Shown: in pieces, positions 57,426 through 64,000 of the stretch | Layout: each line of letters opens with the position of its first letter | Numbering within the stretch: position 1 is the stretch's first letter | Assembly (NCBI GenBank): GCA_902526005.1 | Contig: CABZIW010000001.1 | Location: 3,013 to 67,012, forward strand | Reading direction: 5' to 3' | Length of the DNA: 64,000 nucleotides | From: an uncultured Pelagibacteraceae bacterium | Lineage (GTDB): Bacteria; Pseudomonadota; Alphaproteobacteria; Pelagibacterales; AG-422-B15 | Notes under the pieces: generated by a model | Database searches by the model: none | What the model was told of the DNA's origin: nothing | Seen by the model: the letters and a program-made list of their open reading frames with translations, nothing else | Program-made: the position numbers and the translations under genes

Positions 57426-60004
57426 CTTTCGATTTGCCAGCTATCTGAAATTTTTTCTGATGGTAAGAATCTAAAAACTGGATAATTTTCATGTAATAAT
57501 TTTTTATTCTTTTCCCCATAATCATCTACGGTTTCTAAATTTACTCTTTTTAGTTTCATGCACTGCAATACTGGATGAACTTTTAATATATTTGATCTTG
57601 GTAAATTTTTAAGTCTATCATCTTTTAGATATTCATAATGAAATTTACTATAACTTGGTCGGCTATCTGTCACACCACTTCCTCCTCCTCCAGAGTCAAA
57701 ACTGATACTCCCAAATGCTCCCTTAATTGTTCTTTCTTTAGTAGTTTCAGGATCTATCATAACAATAGGGCAATTAATATCTTCATTTTCTTCAAGATAT
57801 TCCTCAATTGTTTTAAAAAGTGGAAATACTTCAAGATCATCAAAAAGTTCTTTTATGTATTCTTCAAATACAAAACTCAACTTTAAATCAACTTTGATTT
57901 TGGATAAATTATTATGAATCCACTTTTCATTTCTTCCTGGCTCTAGATCTCTAAACAAATAACTACTTTGATTAAATTTATCTAAGATATCATTATATAT
58001 TTCATTATTTTTTTGCTCTTGAACTATATCTTTTTGCCACTGATTATTCTGTCTTGCAGCTGAACCTTTTGGTATCATGATTAGGCTTCTTCTTGATTTA
58101 GAGCTTGATGTTAATCTTGAACGCGAACGAAAAGCCCTTGGCCAGTCTCTAATTAATTTTCCATCATTAAGATGATTTGAAATATCTTTTCTAAACTGCT
58201 TTTCAAGTTTTGCATTCTTTTCAAAATCATCTATGAGGGACTCATGTAAATATATTTTAGTAAAAGGCAGTGTATCTTTTCTATATCCAAAAAATCTTGC
58301 TCTTTGTTGTTGCGTATCTACTTGGTTTGCTGCTTTTCTAGGCATATATGAGACACTCAAACCCTCAATTGTATAACCTCTATCTAAGCCGTCTCCACCA
58401 ATTAGAATTCTTGACATCGTTCCCTCTTTTTCCCATGGAATATCGGGTATTCTTCCCTGAGATGCATTAAATAAAATTATATTTCTTTTGATTTCGTTTA
58501 AAGCCCTAGTTATATACGTTCGAAATTCTTTATTGAATTCAGGGATATTTTCAATATCTTTTTGTTCAACCAACTCATCATACGTAACCTTAAAGTCATC
58601 TATATCATTATTTAAATGGGGAACTGGTCTGTTGGTGTTTTCAGAATTGAATGAGTGGTGCCAATTATTTATTTGGTTTGTAATATCTCTTCTATAATTT
58701 TCATGCTGATCTCTTTCTCTATGAGTATGTATCATCATTGAAAGTTTGTAATTTTCTAAGTGCTTTTTTTGATGATAGCAAATAGCATTAGTAAGCACAA
58801 AGTATCTTAATGCATGATTTAGTGAGTAATCTTCTAATTCATCTTTATTATCAATTTCATCATTTTCAATTGTATCGTTTTGTTCTTCGGTATCATTAAT
58901 AATTTTTTGATTTATTAATTTATCTATGTTTGTTATGTAGCGAGCTTTATTTTTATCATTAAGAAAAAAAAATCCTGAACCAGTGTAATCTTGTCCTGGT
59001 TTGAGTATCTCACCAAACTCAGGATTTAAATTTTCAATTGCTTGTTGCAATAAATTTGCATAAGGAGTAGCTGTATATCCAATATAAGAATGAAATGGAA
59101 TTGCTTCTCGCAAACTTTCAATGCATCTGTTTGTTGTAGATCTAACCTCCTCCAGTAAAATGATTTCGCCATGCTCGGGTGACCACTTGACTAATGGAGA
59201 TTTTGCGTTCCATAAATATAGTTGATCTATATCAATTTCATTGTTTAAAGCAATTTCATCGAGATTGTCTCCCTCTTGAAATTGATAATAATGGATCCTA
59301 AAAGATCGTGGTGCTCTTCCCTGCTCTATATTTCGTTTAATATTAGATTTTTGATTTCGTATCGCGTCTGAAGAATTAAGTGAGTAATGATCTGACTCAT
59401 CATCTATGATTAATACTGGACATTCATTAAGATTATGACTATTAGCTAATTCTCTAAACAAATCAGTGATCATCTCAATTCTATTGTGTAGTTTGAATGA
59501 AGTTATAACTATGGTCTTTCTTTCTTCTTCGTCATAACTTTTTGTCCATGTCTCAAGCGCTGATTGACAATTATTAATTGTAGTTTCATCAATGGACTCC
59601 TTGTCATCATTTCTTATTTTTTCCCAACCCCATGATAATTCTAAATCATCAAACCTAAATGCTGTTTGTCGAGCTAAACTTCCAACATTTCCTGACAAAA
59701 TTACTATAATTTTGAAATTATTATCATGTGCTAAATGAGTTAGCGCTGTCATGGAGGTAGTTTTTCCCGATTGAACATCTCCTATGACTAATCCAGTTGA
59801 CCTATTATTTGATTGTTCTTCATAATTTTTAAAAGGGTCGATGCATTGCGATAAAATGCTAGATGTAGATTTTATGGTATTATTTGTGTCCTCTTCATAT
59901 TTCTTAGGATCTTCAGAAAATTTTTTTTTCAATTTATTGAAGTAAACTCCATCAGTAAAAGGTTTCCATAAATTTCTGTTAAGAGGTCTTATAATTGTGC
60001 TCAT
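57422..60004 (-). CDS. Z1-domain protein with SF2-helicase-like ATPase and a LysM-like insertion
   Basis: GDVQSGKT, LIIDDESD, GYTATP, MMIHT, GG..LDRGYTIEGL.VSY, DTQQQRARFFGYR; LysM-like segment at aa 238-285. Confidence 0.9.
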   Translation of the reverse strand: MSTIIRPLNRNLWKPFTDGVYFNKLKKKFSEDPKKYEEDTNNTIKSTSSILSQCIDPFKNYEEQSNNRSTGLVIGDVQSGKTTSMTALTHLAHDNNFKIIVILSGNVGSLARQTAFRFDDLELSWGWEKIRNDDKESIDETTINNCQSALETWTKSYDEEERKTIVITSFKLHNRIEMITDLFRELANSHNLNECPVLIIDDESDHYSLNSSDAIRNQKSNIKRNIEQGRAPRSFRIHYYQFQEGDNLDEIALNNEIDIDQLYLWNAKSPLVKWSPEHGEIILLEEVRSTTNRCIESLREAIPFHSYIGYTATPYANLLQQAIENLNPEFGEILKPGQDYTGSGFFFLNDKNKARYITNIDKLINQKIINDTEEQNDTIENDEIDNKDELEDYSLNHALRYFVLTNAICYHQKKHLENYKLSMMIHTHRERDQHENYRRDITNQINNWHHSFNSENTNRPVPHLNNDIDDFKVTYDELVEQKDIENIPEFNKEFRTYITRALNEIKRNIILFNASQGRIPDIPWEKEGTMSRILIGGDGLDRGYTIEGLSVSYMPRKAANQVDTQQQRARFFGYRKDTLPFTKIYLHESLIDDFEKNAKLEKQFRKDISNHLNDGKLIRDWPRAFRSRSRLTSSSKSRRSLIMIPKGSAARQNNQWQKDIVQEQKNNEIYNDILDKFNQSSYLFRDLEPGRNEKWIHNNLSKIKVDLKLSFVFEEYIKELFDDLEVFPLFKTIEEYLEENEDINCPIVMIDPETTKERTIKGAFGSISFDSGGGGSGVTDSRPSYSKFHYEYLKDDRLKNLPRSNILKVHPVLQCMKLKRVNLETVDDYGEKNKKLLHENYPVFRFLPSEKISDSWQIER

Positions 60005-60098
60005 GATTTCTAGTTAAATATTAAATGGTATTATTCAAGTTTTTTGTTGTTCATTATACAACGTAGAACTAACTATATGAAAAGTATAATTTTTATTT

Positions 60099-61724
60099 TT
60101 ATTTAAAGTTAAGTTCTGGAGGTAATATTCTGAGAATATCATTAAGTTTTTCTCTCACACGAGCAGGTTTTTCACTTCTTGAACCGGTGCGCATTGTTTG
60201 TACTTCTGCAATAGATAGCCATGTACATAATTGGCTTAAAAGTTCTTGCCCTGTATCTCCTGAGGGCAATATATATGCCCTAGTAAATTTGTGATTCAAA
60301 CTAATATCAATAATGATATCATATGATTTTAAATATCTATCATTTGGATATGATACAGAGTACCAGAAGTCATTAACTGGCTCTGTATTTATAAAGTTAA
60401 CAGTAATCTTAAATTGTACTTTATCTTTTCCAGCGCCTTGAACAAATGATCTTGAGAATTTTTTTTCTATATTTTCATGGATTTTTTTCTCTACTAACTT
60501 TGGATAACTCGATTTTAGCATTTCTTTACTTGCTGCTTCAACCGCAGCCTTAAGAGTGTTTTTTGATTTTTCTAGAGGCGCATCATCTGTAGAATCATCA
60601 TCCTCAAGTTCAATATGAGGTTTTAAATTTCTTGTACTTTCTTGCCAACTTTTACATTGTTTAAAAAGATTAAATTCATCTTTGCTTATTTCTTCTTTTA
60701 TTAAACTTTCAAATTTTTCTTTTGTTCCATCCCACTGTAAGTCATCTTTTGTATGTGTTGCTTCTATATTAGAGATAAATAATTCTCCCACCATTGTTTG
60801 CTCTACTCTACCTCCTTCTTCACCCGTAAATTTTGAGCGATATCTGAACTCTTTTTCAGGTGATCCACCCAGAATTAGCCTATCTCTTCTAAATATTGCT
60901 ATACCGTCATTCTTTTTTCTCCCAGTCAAACCAGTTTCTTCATCTAGTCGACCAATCCAACCATAAACTGACATTTCATTTTTTTTATTGAACTCAAGAT
61001 CAATTTTTTTCTTCCATACAACACTTTTAGGTTTTTTTAAAATTTCACCCTCAAGATACTTATCCCATTGATCAACTGGTGGTGCCATAGATAATTTTGG
61101 ATTTTCATATTTTAAAATTTCTCCATTATATTTAAGCTGTAATTCATTTCTTCTTATAAAAACTCTATACATAGATGCTAAAAACTTTTTAAGTGTATTA
61201 ATGTCAGCTGGTGTTATATTCCTACATTTTGTTAAATTAACTATTGTGAATCCCCTATTTTTTGGAGATGAAGATAATTTGTCTATATTGATATCATCGA
61301 TACTTTTTTCAATTTTATTTGCATCAAAGACCATTTTTCTTACTGCGGTCTCACCTAAAGCAGTTGTGGTTACATCCCAGTAATCTGAGAGCCATATACC
61401 TGCTGTTTTCATTCCCATTCCAAACTGTGAAAGACCTGTTCCCTTCTTGGGTTTTTGACCTGCTGTTAAAGCCCTTTCAAGATCTGATGAGTGAATACCT
61501 GCAGCATTATCTCTTATATTAATATTTTTCCCTTGTATATTAATCTCAATTTTAAGCTTATAACTACTATAACTTGAATTTAATTTTTTTTTATTATCTA
61601 TATAACTTTGAACTGCATTATCAACAAACTCTGCTATTGCATAAGGGACCTTGTAAGGTAAGTTTTTAAAAGTCAGTAAAACATTTGAATAAGGCCTAAT
61701 GTTTATTTTTTCTAATTCTCGCAT
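60099..61724 (-). CDS. MORC/MutL-like GHKL ATPase
   Basis: AIAEFVDNAVQS, IRDNAAGI, SQFGMGMKTA, GFTIVNL. Confidence 0.9.
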   Translation of the reverse strand: MRELEKINIRPYSNVLLTFKNLPYKVPYAIAEFVDNAVQSYIDNKKKLNSSYSSYKLKIEINIQGKNINIRDNAAGIHSSDLERALTAGQKPKKGTGLSQFGMGMKTAGIWLSDYWDVTTTALGETAVRKMVFDANKIEKSIDDINIDKLSSSPKNRGFTIVNLTKCRNITPADINTLKKFLASMYRVFIRRNELQLKYNGEILKYENPKLSMAPPVDQWDKYLEGEILKKPKSVVWKKKIDLEFNKKNEMSVYGWIGRLDEETGLTGRKKNDGIAIFRRDRLILGGSPEKEFRYRSKFTGEEGGRVEQTMVGELFISNIEATHTKDDLQWDGTKEKFESLIKEEISKDEFNLFKQCKSWQESTRNLKPHIELEDDDSTDDAPLEKSKNTLKAAVEAASKEMLKSSYPKLVEKKIHENIEKKFSRSFVQGAGKDKVQFKITVNFINTEPVNDFWYSVSYPNDRYLKSYDIIIDISLNHKFTRAYILPSGDTGQELLSQLCTWLSIAEVQTMRTGSRSEKPARVREKLNDILRILPPELNFK

Positions 61725-61729
61725 AGATT

Positions 61730-63085
61730 TTATATTAAATTTTTTGCAATTAAATGCACAACTTTAACATTTACGGCATTTCCAACTGCTGGTAAAAAGT
61801 AAGACTTATATTTTTCTTTAAAACGCAGATCAGACAAGGCAAATCCTTGAAGTCTCAAAGCTTCTTCGAATGTTATAAATCTATATTTTTTCTCTAACTT
61901 TGAACTTCCGTTGCCTATAATCGGCGTTTGTGTAGTAGTCATTGAAATTAATGTTGGCGCGACGTTTGATCTTTTTACTCTTATACCAGATGGTCTAAAA
62001 GATATTAGCTTATTTTTAAGATTTAAGTTTTCTCCATGAGCATTCCATTCAAATTTTTGGTAACTCGGCATCATCGCGTCAACTTTGTAATCTTTTATCC
62101 AATTCTTAAAATCTCTTCTGTATTTCTTTAAATATTCTCTATTTCTATTTATGAAATTTATTTTCCAGCTGGGAAATTTTTTCTTTGTTTTGGCATATGC
62201 TGGAAGGTTAATAAGTTCTCCGTTTTTCATTTTAATTCTTTTGCCAAAACTGCCTTTATAGCCAATAAAATTTTTTAAATTTTTATTAAATGTATTTGTT
62301 CCATTTATTGGATAATTTGCATCAAATTCCATCAACCATAATGGCGACATAAATTCGTTACTAATAATTTTTCTTCCATATTTTTTTTCTAAACGATTTA
62401 AAAGATCCTGAAACATTTCTATCTTTTCAGCTTTTGCTTTAAAAACATATTCAACATTTTTAGGATTCTTGCTTAAAAACTTTCCTATATTTTTATGATT
62501 ATAATCTTTTTTTAAGTTTATCTTTCTGAGTGGAAATTCAAAAGAGTCATGCTTTTTATTTTTTTTCTTATTAATCCCTACAATATATAACCGCTGTCTT
62601 GTTTGAGGATAGCAAAAATCAATAGGGGCAAGTTGTTTTTCTTTTATGGTATATCCAATTTGCTCAAGGTTCATTTTCATTTTTCTATATGTTTTTTTTG
62701 AATTATGAAAAAATAAATTTGGGACATTCTCAAGAAAAATATACTCAGGTCTCACATATTTGATAATTGAAAATAAGTATTGAAACATATCTCCAGCTAT
62801 TTTGTGATCAAATCCATTTTGAGAACCGGCTTTGGAGAATGGCTGGCATGGAAAACCTGCGCAAATCAAATCTGCATTTTTTTTCATAAAATCTAAATGT
62901 ATTTTAGGGATTGTTCTAATGTCATTCCATATGTATTCTTTTTTGAGCTTAAAATTTTTCTTATAGAGATCTCTCAGTCGTTCATCAATTTCACAAGCAT
63001 AAATACAATCATGCCCCTCTTTTCTCAATGCTATATGAAATCCTCCAAGACCAGCAAATAGATCTATGAATTTAAGTTTTTTCAT
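61730..63085 (-). CDS. DNA (cytosine-5)-methyltransferase
   Basis: DLFAGLGG, AGFPCQPFS, ENV, Q.RQR, RLQGF, GNAV. Confidence 0.96.
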   Translation of the reverse strand: MKKLKFIDLFAGLGGFHIALRKEGHDCIYACEIDERLRDLYKKNFKLKKEYIWNDIRTIPKIHLDFMKKNADLICAGFPCQPFSKAGSQNGFDHKIAGDMFQYLFSIIKYVRPEYIFLENVPNLFFHNSKKTYRKMKMNLEQIGYTIKEKQLAPIDFCYPQTRQRLYIVGINKKKNKKHDSFEFPLRKINLKKDYNHKNIGKFLSKNPKNVEYVFKAKAEKIEMFQDLLNRLEKKYGRKIISNEFMSPLWLMEFDANYPINGTNTFNKNLKNFIGYKGSFGKRIKMKNGELINLPAYAKTKKKFPSWKINFINRNREYLKKYRRDFKNWIKDYKVDAMMPSYQKFEWNAHGENLNLKNKLISFRPSGIRVKRSNVAPTLISMTTTQTPIIGNGSSKLEKKYRFITFEEALRLQGFALSDLRFKEKYKSYFLPAVGNAVNVKVVHLIAKNLI

Positions 63086-63145
63086 TTTTGTAATTTTCTC
63101 AGATTCCTAACGAGAATCAAGTTTAGTTGCTACTAATATTTAATT

Positions 63146-63427
63146 TCAATCGTTAATTTTTTTTTCTAAGCATCTAAAGTCTTTTTCCAATCTGTTTCCA
63201 TCAAAATTGATGTGGCAAATATTCAACTGATGCCTTTGGCACCAAATTTGAAGACCTCTATCGGTGAAGCCTACATCAATTCTTGAATAATCCTGTAGAG
63301 ATTTTGCATCTGTCTGACCGCTGATAAATTCATCAGAACATTTAACACAAACAATTGGCTCTTTGATTTGATTTAACAAATAACTAAGTTTTTCTATATC
63401 TTTCTCTAGATAATTGTCTTCACTCAT
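63146..63427 (-). CDS. Hypothetical protein with CxxC...CxxH (93 aa)
   Basis: CVKC and WCQRH motifs; 4-nt overlap with the nuclease gene. Confidence 0.75.
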   Translation of the reverse strand: MSEDNYLEKDIEKLSYLLNQIKEPIVCVKCSDEFISGQTDAKSLQDYSRIDVGFTDRGLQIWCQRHQLNICHINFDGNRLEKDFRCLEKKIND

Positions 63428-63825
63428 TCACACCAGTCTTTCTTATTATTTTTATCATACACAACTCCTAAACCGTTTAAGACCATTATTTTTGAAACGT
63501 TTTCACCATCTACAATGATATAAGCTAAGATTCTATCAAAAAAATCTCTATTGTATTCAGTTTCAAATTCAATTTTTTTCCCGTCAGAAATATATTTATT
63601 AATATAGTTACGTGCTTCAATGCCAAGCGTATATTCTTTTTCACATTTAGGATGTGAAATTTCAGGTGTATCAAGATCGAGTAGTCTAACTTTATCATTA
63701 TTTTCTTGATATGTTACATAGCATGTATCGCCATCATAACAAAACAAGTCATTTTGTTTTCTTATTTGTATGTCTGCAAATGAATTAGAGATTAATAAAA
63801 TTAGAACAGAGAAAATTCTTATCAT
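63424..63825 (-). CDS. Thermonuclease (SNase-like) with signal peptide
   Basis: YDGDT, VRLLDLDTPE, RDFFDRILAY. Confidence 0.9.
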   Translation of the reverse strand: MIRIFSVLILLISNSFADIQIRKQNDLFCYDGDTCYVTYQENNDKVRLLDLDTPEISHPKCEKEYTLGIEARNYINKYISDGKKIEFETEYNRDFFDRILAYIIVDGENVSKIMVLNGLGVVYDKNNKKDWCE

Positions 63826-63834
63826 TAATAAATA

Positions 63835-64000
63835 TTAATTGATAATTTCGTGAGGGTATACTCCTAGTAAATTATTTTTTTCGATCCAGACTTTAATTTC
63901 TTTCTCATTATCTGTAATTGTAATCCTACACCAACTTGAGTCACACTTATTAATTTTTGCATGAACAAAAGGGTCTATTTTAGCAAGTATCTTATTTTTG
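63835..64000 (-). CDS. C-terminal end of a bacterial SH3-domain protein (partial)
   Basis: Hand translation KNKILAKIDPFVHAKINKCDSSWCRITITDNEKEIKVWIEKNNLLGVYPHEIIN*; C..WC...W..K..L.GVYP pattern. Confidence 0.7.
   Translation of the reverse strand, partial: KNKILAKIDPFVHAKINKCDSSWCRITITDNEKEIKVWIEKNNLLGVYPHEIIN

Larger units (their letters stand above)
48700..63145 (-). mobile_element. Candidate flexible/defence genomic island (boundaries approximate; no integrase or att site seen)
   Basis: Abrupt switch from conserved core genes to nucleases, GHKL ATPases, a methyltransferase, HTH proteins and hypotheticals, all on one strand. Confidence 0.55.

Noticed and set aside
49005-61522. Short antisense or alternate-frame ORFs within island genes (e.g. 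51099-51383, 52818-53096, 57638-57886, 60682-60966)
   Set aside because: Fully or largely nested within longer motif-bearing genes; low-complexity translations
1-64000. CRISPR arrays, rRNA genes, IS elements, integrases, prophage structural genes
   Set aside because: No regularly spaced repeats, rRNA signatures, transposase/recombinase catalytic motifs or virion genes recognised

Overview
AT-rich, very compact chromosome segment from a streamlined marine alphaproteobacterium (Pelagibacterales/SAR11- or HIMB59-like; inferred from gene content, gene order and minimal intergenic spacing). About 1-48.6 kb is mostly housekeeping: amino-acid ABC transporter parts, selO, cytochromes, ggt, tRNA-Ser(GGA), lepA, pheTS, rplT-rpmI-infC-thrS, LPS glycosyltransferases, queG-gltB-gltD, uppP, rnd-kdsD-lptCAB, tRNA-Ala(GGC), aroA-cmk-rpsA-ihfB-pyrF-trpFBA-accD-folC and trxA. 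About 48.7-63.1 kb is an all-minus-strand accessory island with no integrase in view and two modules. Module 1 is a tightly coupled 8-gene operon that I cannot assign to a named system: XRE regulator, hypothetical, ExoI-like exonuclease, RHH-like protein, small protein, GHKL ATPase fused to an HExxHxxGxxD zinc-peptidase motif, RmuC nuclease and a triple-HTH protein. Module 2 is a C5-methyltransferase + MORC ATPase + Z1 + DUF4420 restriction-like cluster whose Z1 protein carries an apparent LysM domain inserted into its ATPase core. Other notable points: a GC-rich structured RNA with a terminator upstream of a LysE/RhtB exporter with DnaA boxes nearby; substitutions at canonical active-site residues in both tryptophan synthase subunits; two small ORFs missed by the ORF track. 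All protein calls come from motif recognition by eye; no database searches were run.
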